This document shows, piece by piece, positions 28,108-41,164 of a stretch of 64,000 nucleotides of DNA. The DNA comes from Eledone cirrhosa. Taxonomy: Eukaryota. Where the stretch lies: positions 362,080,001-362,144,000 of the forward strand of contig OZ024743.1 of assembly GCA_964016885.1 (NCBI GenBank), in the 5' to 3' direction. Position 1 is the first letter of the stretch; every line of letters starts with the position of its first letter. The notes beneath the pieces are model-generated. The model was not told the DNA's origin and made no database searches. It worked only from the letters and a program-made list of their open reading frames with translations. Both the position numbers and the translations under genes were made by a program.

Positions 28108-28841
28108 CTAGTAGTGGTACCCGGCGTTGCACGGGATAAGGTATTTTGGAACGCGGGCCACCAACAGACCTAATCGTGGAAAAACTGCATGCCTGGACAA
28201 TATGTAAAGAAAATAAACCGAATACTCTGATGGCTGGATAATCTTTAAGATTTTCCTCGATGAAACAGGAAAAATGCAGGTCTTCACCTAATGTGGGCCC
28301 TACGGGATCAAGAAAATGATTTTTTTATGTGCATAATATGCCTTGAAATTTCGGGAAAATCGGCTAGACGTAACGCCTCAAAAAAGCTCTAAAAAGCTGA
28401 AAAAACGAAGTGTTTCACCTAATGCGGGCTCTAGGCCATAAAAAGTTGGATTTTCTTTGCTCACGGTATGAAGAACAGACTGACTAATACATAGTTACAA
28501 TTGCAAGGAAATCGGTCTGATGTAACGCCTCAAAAAACCCTTAAAAAGCTGAAAAACGCAGTTTTTCACCTAATGCGAGCCCTAGGGGATTAAAAAAAGT
28601 TGAATTCTGTATGTGCATAACACTACCTGAAACATAAGTAATACACATGTAAAGTTAATAAAAAGTCAGTTGGGTACTTCTCGAGTTTTATGAAAATTTG
28701 AGATTTCATTTGCTCAGAACACTCCCTGAAACATAAGTATTACATGTGTAAAGTTTGAAAACAGTCTGTTGGGTGCTTCTCGAGATTTAGGGATTCAAAC
28801 TCACATACACAGACAGACATCCTCAGTTTTATATATATAGA
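28108..28841 (-). mobile_element. Non-autonomous Helitron
   Basis: Minus-strand 5' TCTATATATATAAAACTGAGG. 3' hairpin cccg-tgcaacgc-cggg followed by CTAG|T. Internal ~130-bp tandem repeats (ttcacctaatg). Confidence 0.78.
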
Positions 28842-29080
28842 AAATATGCTGGATGTTTATAAAAGTCATTGGCATACGGAGCTAGCATCATTGATATATG
28901 TATGTATATATGTTTGTGTGTGTGTGTATTTATGAATATATATATGTACGTATGCATATATATATATGTGTGTGTGTGTGTGTGTACATTTGTGTATATA
29001 TATCTATCTATCTATGATAGATAGATAGATAGATAGATAGATATATACAAATGTACACACACACACCGACACACACACAC

Positions 29081-29197
29081 AGTCTGAGTTCAAATCCCGC
29101 CGAGGTTAACTTTGCCTTTCATCCTTACGGGGTCGATAAAATAAAGTACCAGTAATGTACTGGGTATTTGCTGGCCTTGTGCCTAAATAGAAACAAT
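29081..29197 (+). mobile_element. tRNA-SINE, 5'-truncated
   Basis: B box gagttcaaatcc, family core and 3' tail. Confidence 0.85.
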
Positions 29198-29943
29198 TAT
29201 ATATATATATATATATATATTTGAAAAGGGAGTAAGGTTCTATACAAAACAAGGGAATAGTAAATAGCGCGGGAAATATAATTAAGGATCTGTTTTTCTT
29301 TTTATCTTTTTTGAGTCGTCAAAGTGACATTATTGAAAAAATGAGAGGATCAATTCTTTTTAAAAAAAGGAGTTTTATTATGTATATAAAATATATAAGA
29401 CATATCCGCTGTTGATGTATCAGTGTAAACCATTTTATCAAATGTTGAATATTACAATTAAAAAGAATTAAAAATTAAAAATGTTTAATTGTATTTTCAT
29501 CTTTCCTGTTGTGAAGACTGGGTCTAAAATGGAACCTTGTATATAGAGAAAGAGGTAGTCATAGTAGTAGTAGTAGTAGTAGTAGAAGTTGTGTTGGTTG
29601 TTGTGTCTTTTCACAGAACAAAATTATGTTTAGGAATAGTCTCATTTGTGTTAAAGGATTAATCAAGAGTTCAGATGCGGGGGGAATGTAAGCTAGAGAA
29701 AATTGCTATAGTGGAGAGAGGTAAATGAGAGCAGCAAATAGGATTGTCAAAACCAATTCTATTTTAGGAATATGGTTTTAGAGAGTATGAGTGTGTATGT
29801 GTGAGTGTGTATATAAACATATGTGTGTGTGTGTGTGTGTGTGTCTTATTGTAAGTGTAACGGGATCAAAACTTAGAGAAATATGTTTGTGGACACGTGT
29901 ATATATATATATATATATATATATTTGTTTGTTTTTGTAGTGC

Positions 29944-29975
<32 letters not shown>

Positions 29976-30013
29976 TGTTTGTGCGTATACATACATACAC
30001 ATACTCACATACA

Positions 30014-30053
<40 letters not shown>

Positions 30054-31345
30054 CATATGTATATACATACACACACACACACACACACAAGTATAGATAT
30101 AGTATAATTAAAATTTCATACAATTAACATGTGTGGGCGACTTTGAGTTTCTGTCTCTAGTTATGACCACCATTCTATTGTGCAGGAGCCGTTTCACAAC
30201 CGACCTCTCATTGGGCGTTGAGACAAAATTACGGAAAAACCCTCAGCCAACTATATTTGGTTTCAATACAATGGAGAGCCCCTTTTCGAGAACTAGGGAG
30301 GCAATTCCCAAGTTCTGAAATTCTCAAAGTAAAAAAGTGCGTATGTCTAATGTGTGTCTGACTTAATTTATAAGCTAATCTGTATATAATATTTACTCAA
30401 TGGATCTAACATCGTAAAAACTTCTCGTGTAATTTGTTCTTTTTTGTAGTTTGTAAACATGTAATATTACGCTATATTTCATATTGAAACTTATTCTGAG
30501 TTTCCCAATGTCTTTTGTATCCAATACTCTATCATGTCTTGCTATTTGTATCTTAAAATATAATTTGATATCACATTGCCTATAACACCCTTTGATACAG
30601 TTTCATCGAAATCACTATGAAATTATGCAATTACTAGACTATGTTCAATATGTTCTTTTTTTTTTTTGCCTTTTCTTGTATGAATTTTCCTCTGCGCGGA
30701 TAGATAATTTAATGTCTCGGTATTGATCATACGTTAATATAGCTCGGAAAAATTATATTACTTGGAGTTTTATTTAAATTAATAAACTATGGAGAAAGTT
30801 GGGTTTTATAAAGTTTAAAAGAAGAGAAATATCAACAACTATATTGAGAGACAAATATATGTAGGAATTTACCTCAAGTCTGTCCGTTTACCACTATATG
30901 TATATATTAATGGCGCCAGAGAATACTCGACATGGCCTGGCCTTATCAATAAGAACATTAAAATGTCACAATGATTTACTACTACCTGCTCGAAGTGCCC
31001 GAAAAGAAATCCTTTAAATCTCAGTGAAAATGGCTTGACATTGACCAATGGCCATGTGACTACACCAATCAACAGCCACTTCTGTTAACTAGGTTAGCCC
31101 CGCCCCATGGCGAGAAAATAATAAGGATAATGATGATATTACTGTCAATGCTAATAATAGAGTTATTAATGTTGTTACTGCCCAGGAACTCCTTTATGAA
31201 TTTACATATCTTGGTCTCAAAATATTCTTGTTGATATCTCCATACTTTTATAAGTTTATATAAACTAAATTTCTTGTTAGCGACACGCCTTCTCTCTCTG
31301 TGTACATGTATGTATGTATGGACGAATATGCATATGTATATATGT

Positions 31346-31412
<67 letters not shown>

Positions 31413-31420
31413 CATATATA

Positions 31421-31600
31421 TTTGTTTCTACTTTAGGCACAAGGCCAGCAAATACCCAGTTCATTACTGGTACTTTATTTTATCGACCCCGTAGGGATGA
31501 AAGGCAAAGTCAATCCTCGGCGGGATTTGAACTCAGATCGTAAAGGGACGTAACTATGCTGGAAAGCATGGCGTCCGACCCTCTACCGATACTGCCACTT
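31421..31600 (-). mobile_element. tRNA-SINE
   Basis: Reverse-complement family copy with A and B boxes. Confidence 0.88.
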
Positions 31601-32118
31601 CTTATCTTATCTGTCCTGTAGTCTGGTGGACCGTTGGGGCGCCACAAATGACTTGGTAACCAGCTCCTTCCATTCCTATCGCCTCTCCGCATCCCTCATA
31701 TTTACACCCAGCCTCATTCCTGTCCATTCCGGGATGTTGTCCTCCCATCCCTTTCTATGCCTGCCTCTCTTCTTATATATATAAACATTCCCTTGTATGA
31801 ATAAAAATATTGTTAGACTTGGAAAGGCTGATATGTAAGAAAATTGTTGCAGCATATCGGATTAGCGACTCTAGATGTGCTCACTTACATATTAACGAAA
31901 CACGTGTGAGTTACATAATAAATATTAATCTATCAATAGCGAAATTTGTGTATTCATGTATTTATTCATTACTATATAGATACTCCAGGAATTACCTTTA
32001 TTGTACCTAAGGTTGATCACTAGTGAAAAGTTATGAAAAGCTATGTTGAATCAAAAAACCTGTATGTTAAAACAGTCTTCGATTTCAAGTTACACAAATT
32101 CAATTAAAGGAAACCGAT

Positions 32119-32205
<87 letters not shown>

Positions 32206-32210
32206 ATATA

Positions 32211-32959
32211 TCTATACATATATATAAAACTGAAATTGTCTCTGTCTGTGTCCTAATTTTTGCAAAGTCTATACAAATCCACATTTCTACTCCGATTGAC
32301 TTCAAACTTGCATTTATATTTTACTTGCGGTCTAAAGATATTAACTGCACCTTTTATTTTTCAATTTTCTGCAGTTAATGGCGTTTTTTTCACTAAAACT
32401 TTAACCCCTTTTTGTCGGCAATTTTGACTACAATGTTCAAGAGATATAACTCTTTAGTATTTTAAAAGATATACCACTCTTTATAGACTATATTATCCCT
32501 ACTTAAACGTACACCCCTTGAAATTGTTGATGGTGACCCTAATAGTAACTCCGAAGCGTTCGGAATCCGATATAACAGTTCGGTCTATATCATAATGGGT
32601 AGATTTGTGTAACCTTAAAAGTATCCAACTAAATTCCTTCATGCTCTCCACCATTGCAGTCCCAATTGCTTACTGCTCTGTAACTTCCATTGTACCATAG
32701 AACAACAAATGCATGTTCGGTTTTTCGAATGCCTTTTTACTTAACCCTATCGTCTTGGCTTTCGTGGGTTGAACATTTTACTCTCAGGCACCCAAGTTAA
32801 ACCCCTTGTAATCTACAACGAATTTTTTTTTTATAAGCACAAAATGTAGACACCATCCCCAGGCCGAGGTATTCCGTACTTCTCTGTACTGTTTCAGAAG
32901 GAGGGATAAATATGCCAATCTATGTTTAGAAGCCCGAGCAACGCCGGGCCATTCTGCTA

Positions 32960-32960
<1 letters not shown>
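32211..32960 (+). mobile_element. Non-autonomous Helitron inserted in a TA-rich tract
   Basis: A|TCTATACATATATATAAAACTG at the 5' end. gcccg-agcaacgc-cgggc hairpin and CTAG|T at the 3' end. Confidence 0.82.
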
Positions 32961-33037
<77 letters not shown>

Positions 33038-33329
33038 TTTAGTACAGCATTGACGAAGCTTTAGAATACGGCCAAGCTAGCGTATATGCATAATCGGTCT
33101 GTAGCTTGAGCACTCGGATGAGGAAAGACTCCAGAGTAATAACATTACGTTCAGACAGCTTAGCAAATCAGATATAGCGGTCGGCAGTCCAGCCGCATTA
33201 CCAGAGCAACGAAAATACAGGACTCAGGAAAAGATTTTATATATATAGAATTAGAATTGTATTTCTCGTCCTAACACAGCTGATACATAAATGTAATTAT
33301 GCATACGTACACATTTATATATATATATA

Positions 33330-33580
33330 TAACTCTATGCTGCAAAGCATGGTGTCCGACGCTCTAACAATACTGCCAATCCACATGATAATAATTTTTT
33401 CTGGTTTTGGCACAAGGCCAGCAATTATCCGAGTGCATTACTGGTACTTTATTTTATCGACCCCGTAAGGATGAAAGGCAAAGTTAACCTCGGTGGGATT
33501 TGAACTCAGACCATAAAGGGCAGTAACTCTTTGCTGCAAAGCATGGCTTCCGACCCCCTACCGACACTGCCAATCCACCA
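33330..33580 (-). mobile_element. tRNA-SINE plus an adjacent partial head
   Basis: Full copy ~33395-33580. Duplicated head fragment ~33330-33385. Confidence 0.82.
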
Positions 33581-33584
33581 CATG

Positions 33585-34045
33585 ATGATGATTTCTTTAT
33601 TGTCCTACTTATAAAGGACAGAAAACCAGGGACAAGGGGATTATATAATAAAATTGATTAAAACACGAAGAGAGCAAAAACAATTAGCAATAAAAAAAAA
33701 TAACAAAACGAATTCCCCAATAGGTGAATAACTACCCAGTGGTGACTCAGGTACCCCACCAATCCTGCACCACCCGACGCTTCGAGAGCACCCGGAAACG
33801 ACACCCCATTCCTCAAATCAACCAGCCTACAGAGGCATGCTCAGAGCTTGCCCATTCCCACGGGCTATTTTTGCAACATTCACCCACCTATTAGCAAATA
33901 TACAGGAGGCAGCACTTCTCTCTCCATTCTCACCTTTCTTTTCAAGTAAAACTTGAAAAAGTTGATGAGGGATTGGACGAAGAGAAAAGTGTCTGTATTT
34001 AGTCCTTTCAGCCTCGTCCACCACACAGCCTCGTTCGCTTCAGCC
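33585..34045 (-). mobile_element. Tx1-family 3' fragment
   Basis: ORF2 C-terminus ..FANRWVNVAKIARGNGQALSMPL*, a 3' UTR homologous to 50430-50700, AATAAA and an (ATC)n tail. Confidence 0.8.
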
Positions 34046-34249
34046 ACCAGACAGAATGATAATATATAAAATTAAAAATTAAATGAATAATGGAAAGGAA
34101 AATAAATCTAGAAAATGGGGGGAAGAAGGAAGAAGAGAAAGTGAAGAATGGAGGAAGAAAAGAAAGAGAAAAATCTAAGGGAGAAGGAGAAGGAAAAGTG
34201 TCTTTAGTAGAGGTTCCCTTGGAGTTATGGTTTTTCCTTTTATATTGCG

Positions 34250-34389
<140 letters not shown>

Positions 34390-34479
34390 CTGTGGTTGTA
34401 GGTGTTTGGAAGTAGGTATGTGTGAATTAGTTATTCCCATCCATAGACCTCTATTTATTGACTAATGGAGAATGGTTAC

Positions 34480-35660
34480 ATATTTAATTGTTGTTTCTTT
34501 TTATTAATGAACTGTTTTTATTCATTTATACTCTGTTGCTGAATGAAAGAGTCTCAACATTTGTAAATGAGAGAAAATGTTTAAGATGGCTATGTAAAAT
34601 CTTGCAGATATTGCGATGTGGCTACTTAAGGGGATTTGTCTCGTGTTTACATCGTAGTTTTGTTGGCGGGTTATTGTCACTCTTTTGCGTAATGATATTC
34701 TTGTCTGTCCTTTGTAATTTTGCAAACATTCACATAGATTAAATTTTTCGAGTTTCCATTGAAATTTTCTTTTATTCTGAATGCTTGTCCATCCTTAAAC
34801 TTTAGCTCTGGTCCTTTATTTAGGTATAAGCAGGTACCACAATTTATTCTTCCGTATTTTGTTGCAGTAGGATTGAAGAGTTGTTAGTGGGTTTTTGTCC
34901 CAGTAAGGACATGTTTTAATGTTTTACTCGTGATAATTTTGTGTGTTTCTTGAATCTTTTTCATCTCTTTCATCTTCATATAAAATAGGAAGGTTTTTGC
35001 GAAGGTGGTGAAACATTTCGATATTATAGGGGATTAAGGTTGATACTTTTAGTAAAACATTTTTCCTGGTTTTGATTTTTGTTGTCTTAAGTTATTTGAT
35101 GTCTATATGCTTGGACCTTTATATGCCGTTGGTGATTACGCCCATTGGGATTCCTCTTTGGGTAAGTATATTTTTGATTTCATCAAGTCTTTGCTCGCGT
35201 TTGATCGGATCCTGTACTATCATACAAATCCTTTTAGCTTGGTTAAATTTTCAATTTTGTGTGTTTAGGGTGACATGATGTAAATGGAAGGTATTGTTTG
35301 GAGTCTGTAGCTTTATAGAAAATGTCGCTTTCTATTTTTCCCTCTGCTTTTAAAATGAGATGTCTAAAAAGTCTAGTTCATGGAATCCCATCACCAAATT
35401 GGCGTATGTAGGGGCTACATTGGTGCCCATTGTGGTTCCTGAATAAAAGATTTACAGCCAATTTCATTTGCTATTTGGATTCACATTTTAGGCACAACTA
35501 AAAAAGAAAACTGGAAAAGGTATCTGGATGATTGCTTTATCTTATGGCAGGAAAACCTTGATACACTCACAGAATTTAAAAATATGATTAAAAATCGTCA
35601 CAGCAACACTCAGTTCACAAACGGAGTTTAATATCAAGGAACTAGCCTTTTTAGACATCA
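34480..35660 (-). pseudogene. Decayed Penelope-like element (RT plus GIY-YIG) with an inverted segment
   Basis: Minus strand gives GTTMGTNVAPTYANL and NYKGQTRISLRKR. Plus strand 35441-35660 gives WKRYLDDCFILW...LAFLDI. Confidence 0.72.
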
Positions 35661-35947
35661 AATTATTTCTTTCTCTTTCTTTTCTCTTTTCTTTCTCTTT
35701 ATTTTCTTCTGCAAATCCCCCAGCAACCCAGCCTCTGCAACACCCCACGTGGACCCCTTTCAATCATGTTTATATCTATATTGATTTTTATTTCTTTTTA
35801 TGTACTTATATTTATACTATTTATATTTTCAGCCCTATTTTTATCTACAAACACTAACAGATTATTTGGTTTTATTGATACAAGCGGTAAGCATACACAC
35901 ACACATACACACACACATACATACACACATGCACACACACACACACA

Positions 35948-36044
<97 letters not shown>

Positions 36045-36375
36045 TATATATATAATATATATATATATGTAATTTATACACGCATATATTTACACGCATA
36101 TATTTATTTTTTTAATTTCAATTGAGTTCTTAACACGTTGGATTGATAATGTTTTCGAAAAAACTGTTTAACCCGCGTGTATATTATTATTTTTTTCCTC
36201 CTTTCGTGGATTGTAGTTGTCTCCCCTTCCCGCTTAGTGACGCTATAACACTTCCTCAGTCAAAAACTGCTGGAATTTCAAATTTGCCGGTCATTCGATG
36301 CGGGAAAGAGCAACTTAACGGACACGATTTTTAACTGTGGTAAGAAATGTTTTTCTTATATAAAAGTTTAATGGG

Positions 36376-36502
36376 CTTCCACTGATGATTTATAAACGCC
36401 CACCTAGATATATTCTTACGTGAATATATATTAGGCTTCTACATAAACTGGAAATATTCTCCGAATTTGTAGAAAACTTATAATGAAACAATTGTTTGGA
36501 AA
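36376..36502 (+). ncRNA. Putative type I hammerhead ribozyme with a branched stem II insertion (unit 1)
   Basis: ttcca-CTGATGA (36382) ... GAAAC-aatt-GTT-tggaa. Stem I is ttcca/tggaa. The first stem II pair is a U-U mismatch, so this copy is probably decayed. Confidence 0.62.
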
Positions 36503-36721
36503 GAGAGATGTATTTTAACTTTAATTATATCTCATAAAATAATACAACTGGCTTTTTCACATAATACATATTGTTAGCACCCCAAACACTTAAATTGGGT
36601 TTATATTAAAATATAACCTAATGTTTGTTGAGTGAGACGGTTACCAGTCAGAGATTAGCTTTAAACTATCTCTGTTATTGTATTAATATATATATATATA
36701 TATATATTCATAATATACATA

Positions 36722-36809
<88 letters not shown>

Positions 36810-37030
36810 TGAGTTCTTAAACACGTGGTTGAAATGCCTAACAGGCTTCAATGACCAGCGTGTATATTATTTTATATTTTACGATGACCTCCCCTTTCCC
36901 TTTTGGGGACAGTGTGAATTTTCTTTTTGAAGGACTACTGGCTTTTCAAATTTAGCTGTCCTTTTAACACTGACGGAGACCATCACTAATTATTAATATC
37001 AATGTAGTTTTTTATATTGATATTGCATGG

Positions 37031-37156
37031 GCATCCACTGATGAGTTATAAGGGCCCGCTTGTGTGTATATGTATGGATATACAAGTTTCTACATAACCT
37101 GGACATTATTTATCCCTAATTGTAGAAATCTTAAGACGAAACGATCGTTTGGAAGG
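37031..37156 (+). ncRNA. Putative type I hammerhead ribozyme with a branched stem II insertion (unit 2)
   Basis: tcca-CTGATGA (37038)-gttataag ... cttaagac-GAAAC-gatc-GTT-tgga. The G10.1-C11.1 pair is retained. Confidence 0.72.
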
Positions 37157-37407
37157 AAAGAGAGATTTATATAATTATGTCTCATATAAAATAATACAAC
37201 CAGTTATCCACGGGATACTGAATAGTTAGCACCCCAAACACTAAATTGGGATTATACTTAGGTATATCCTAATGTTTGTTGAGTGAGATGTAGTTGGTCA
37301 GAGTATCGCTTAAAGCTTTCTCTGTTTATGTATTAAATATATATATATATATATGCGGGTGCGTATGTGTGTTGTGTGTGTATATATATATATATGTGTG
37401 TGCGTCT

Positions 37408-38016
37408 TTACGAAGGACCGACTTCCACACTGATCTCAAGCTGTGGCACGCCGCCCAGGCTTTGCTCTTCCTCTCAACCACATCATCTTCCGTATTCCCA
37501 ATCTTTCCTCCCAAATACAAGAAGTCCTCAACCAATTCTAGCGGCTTCCCGCCTACATTCGTAGAGACCTGAAAATCCACCTCTTCATTGATGTAGTGGA
37601 GTCTCTGCTGCTGTACGGGTCTGAGACTTGGACACTGACCAAGAAACTCACTCAGATGGTGGATGGTTGCTACACAAGAATGCTAAGGATGGCTCTGAAC
37701 ATTAATCAGTATACACTGAGGATGAAAAACTCAGAGCTGTATGGGAGCCTCTCAAAAGTCAGCTCAAATGTGACACTGAGGAGACTGGGGTTAGCTGGAC
37801 ATGCTCACCGACATCCAGTGTTGACATTGCACTCAGTGCTCCTGTGAGAGCCCCTACATGGACACACTGGAAGAGGAAGACCAAGGTTAACGTATGTTGA
37901 TGCCCTAAGGACAGACACTGGTATGTTGGAGAAGCAGGACATGGCAGCAATAATGATGGACAGATACCGATGGAGAGAACTCGTCCATGGATCTCGGGAA
38001 TTTTACCCGCCCTAGA
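37408..38016 (+). mobile_element. 5'-truncated, 5'-inverted RTE-group LINE with a 16-bp TSD
   Basis: The minus part encodes VEDFLYLG..KAWAACHSL..VWKS. The plus part encodes VESLLLYGSETWTLT..RMLR..GH..R..GRPRLTYVD. TSD atatgtgtgtgYgtct. Confidence 0.85.
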
Positions 38017-39587
38017 ATATGTGTGTGTGTCTGAATTTCGTATGTCTAAACATATGCGGTCTGTTTAATAAATAAACATTTTGAAAGCCCAGATATGAAT
38101 AGAAGGCTGACGACCAGCGCCGTCTAGCGAATTCCTGCAGAATCTATGGCGAAGCTAAACTCATTAGTACTCCACCAGCATGCCAGAATGGAACATGGGG
38201 CACACTAGAAAACATGAGTTGAATAGCAACAACATCACGTTGTAGTAACTAAGGAAAAGATAAAGACATACAGAGACACACAAGAATCAACGTGACAAAA
38301 CAAACCAGACACACAGATAGAACAAGCAACAAGTAAATAAACATGTAAATAAGTAAATAAATGAATAAATGAAGAGACAAACAAACACACCCGAATATAA
38401 CGCATGCGCAACCCAAGTACAGAGCCTACAGCTCAGCGCACACAAAAACAAGATATTGTATGACAGAACAAAGAAGAGAAACAAAATAACAAATTAGTAA
38501 CTGAGGTCACAGAATATGTGACGACAGAGCTTTGACAATAAACAACTTCACAACCATCCGGTTATTAAACTAACCAACTGGAAGTTTATAATACATTTAT
38601 AATAAATTGAATTGAAAACTAACAGGAGCGTGTTTTTATTAGCAGCATGACCCTCCCAAAGTATAACAATATCTGTTTCAACACACGTTTTCAGATAAAA
38701 AAATCTTGCAAAACAAATACAATATTTATACGTGTGTGGGGGTGGGGTGGGGGGGTTGTCTGTGTATGAGTGAGAGTGTGTGATGTGTTTATGTATCAAA
38801 ATAGATGGATGCATGCATTTTTTTATTTTTTTATTATAATATATTAATAGGTTTGCCATTATCTAATTAGGTAAGTTATAAATGAGGTTTCTGTTAAAGT
38901 GGCAAGTATAAGCAACAATACAATCCACAAGGGAGTTAAAGATATTAAATCATAAAAGGTTAAACTGGTGATAAATCCTTTATTAAAATAGTATAGCCAT
39001 AAAAAATTGGGAGAAGCAAATCAAATTTAATTGTGAGAAATGTGAAAACTATAAATAAAACGGAAGGAAATCTTATCGATTTCTAGTACTGTAAACTCTC
39101 TATGAAAGTTAGATGAGAAAATATCATAATCCATAGCATATTCATAAGATATTGTTATTGAAACAACAGTGATTGTATATCTTAATACAAAGGACCAGGT
39201 AGGAAAAGTTATATTAAAAAGAAATTCTACGCTTATTCGCGGTTTCAGACTAGGAATATATAGAACCAATTCTCGTAATTAAGATAAATCAGATAATTGA
39301 GAAATTTAAGACAGGTTTTGATTAATAGGCAGAATAAATACTATCCTCAGAAAAATGCAGTTATGAAAAATTGGTTACTATTTACATAATATATAGATAC
39401 ACCTAAATAGTTTTTAAGCCCGGTTTCCTTAGCAAGCAAAGACCTCGCCTGTATGCTAGTCCACCCCAGAGTTAAACCCCCGGCGACTGATAGAAAACAT
39501 TTTCAGCTGAGTATACTGTAGCAACGTAAAATGAAGTGTTTTGCTCATGAACACAACCACTAGGACACGCGCCTCCACTCATATATA

Positions 39588-40461
39588 CTAGCCGAATTAC
39601 CCGGGCCTTCCTGCGTTTCACACATTTTTTTTTTGTAAGCAAATGATAATTGATTTTAAATCAGTGATATAATATGGAGAAAAACTCTGCATTTCAATAT
39701 TACTGAATGTAAAATGTAATGCATGAAAAATTTGAAAACATTATTTTTTGTAAAAGGGCGGTTAATTGGCAGTATCGGTAGAGGGTTGGACGCCATGCTT
39801 TCTAGCATAGTTACGTCCCTTTACAGTCTGAGTTCAAATCCCGCCGAGGTTAACTTTGCCTTTCATCCTTACGGGGTCGATAAAATAAAGTAACAGTAAT
39901 GTACTGGGTAATTGCTGGCATTGTGCCTAAAGTAGAAACAATTATTTTTTGTAATATATCAAACCAAATTTACATTATTAAATTGTATTCTTATTTTGTT
40001 TCTTGTATATAATTTTTTTCAAATATCAATTCAAAACTTTTATGAATAGGCATCATATCTTATCATTTACCTATGATTTAAATTCCATATAAATCGATGG
40101 GAAAAAAATTTCAGCAGGGGTTTGAGACTCCGGGGAACCCTAATAGGGGGTTTAACACTCATTAGGGTGTCTTAATATTATTGAAATTTGCTGAATTTTG
40201 TGAATAGGCATCATATCTTGTCATTTACCTGTGATTTAAATTTCATATAAATCGAAGGAAGAAATTTTCAGCGGTGGTTTTCAGAGGGGGCTTAGTGCCG
40301 CCGGGGGACCCTTTGATTAAAATGAAATATACTTATCCAAGTACCCCGAGGAATGTAGTTTCAGAATATATGTGGTTATGGGGGGGTCTATCTCCAAAAC
40401 CATAGGAGGAGTTTGTGAACAAACAAACACACAGACATGAATACAACTTTATATATATAGA
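39588..40461 (-). mobile_element. Non-autonomous Helitron carrying a nested SINE
   Basis: Minus-strand A|TCTATATATATAAAG 5' end and ...cccgggtaattcggCTAG|T 3' end. Internal duplication ~40040-40110 / 40195-40270. Confidence 0.7.
39756..39941 (+). mobile_element. Full-length tRNA-SINE with TSD
   Basis: A box tggcagtatcgg, B box gagttcaaatcc, TSD attattttttgtaa. Confidence 0.92.
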
Positions 40462-40610
40462 TATATATTAAATCTAATGACAACAACAAGGCTATTTCAA
40501 ATCATTTTGTTAACATATCGAGGTATTGGCATGTATTTGGTAAGAAACTGATATTATATTCAATTTATTCATCAACCATACATCATCAACTATACATGGT
40601 TATGTGTGTA

Positions 40611-40676
<66 letters not shown>

Positions 40677-41164
40677 GGTGTGTGTTGGTGTGTGTTGGTG
40701 TGGGTGTGTGTGTGTGTGTGTGTGCATGCGTGTGTGTGTGTGTTTGTGAGTATGTATGTGCGTGTGTGTGTGTCTGAATGTATGTGCGTTTATATATATA
40801 AATGTATATATATAATATATATATATATATATGTGTATGTGTGTATGTATGTATGTGTGTGTGTGTGAGTGTGTGTGTATGTGTATACTGAATGAATTGG
40901 GAATAGTGGCACGTTGTTGCCGCACTTTGTATGCTTATATTTGTATAAGTATCTCATGTAAATAATAATCATTTTCAATGGATCTGCATTTAATTTACCG
41001 CTAATTAGATTTGAAAATGCAATTACAACTGAAAGTAAATTGAAGAATATAGATGGAATCAAACATCTATATGAAGATAAATATTAAAAATTTAAATTGT
41101 CTTAGGGAAAATGTTATAAAAGTACAATCAACCGGAAGGACGGAGGAGCCGTCCTTCCTCCAAA

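Larger units (their letters stand above)
36118..37335 (+). repeat. Two diverged ~520-560-bp direct repeat units separated by (TA)n
   Basis: Both start caattgagttcttaa and end ..cctaatgtttgttgagtgaga..gtcagag..tattaa. Units span ~36118-36686 and ~36806-37335. Confidence 0.9.

Noticed and set aside
30330-30850. Possible PLE RT remnant on the minus strand; similar at 38830-39420
   Set aside because: Too degenerate to support a call.
33040-33240. TGACGAAG hammerhead-like start; also CTGACGA near 38107 and a GCCGAAC remnant near 63525
   Set aside because: The core and stems are incomplete.
39756-39845. SINE heads as tRNA genes
   Set aside because: A and B boxes are present, but there is no canonical cloverleaf and they are fused to the SINE body.
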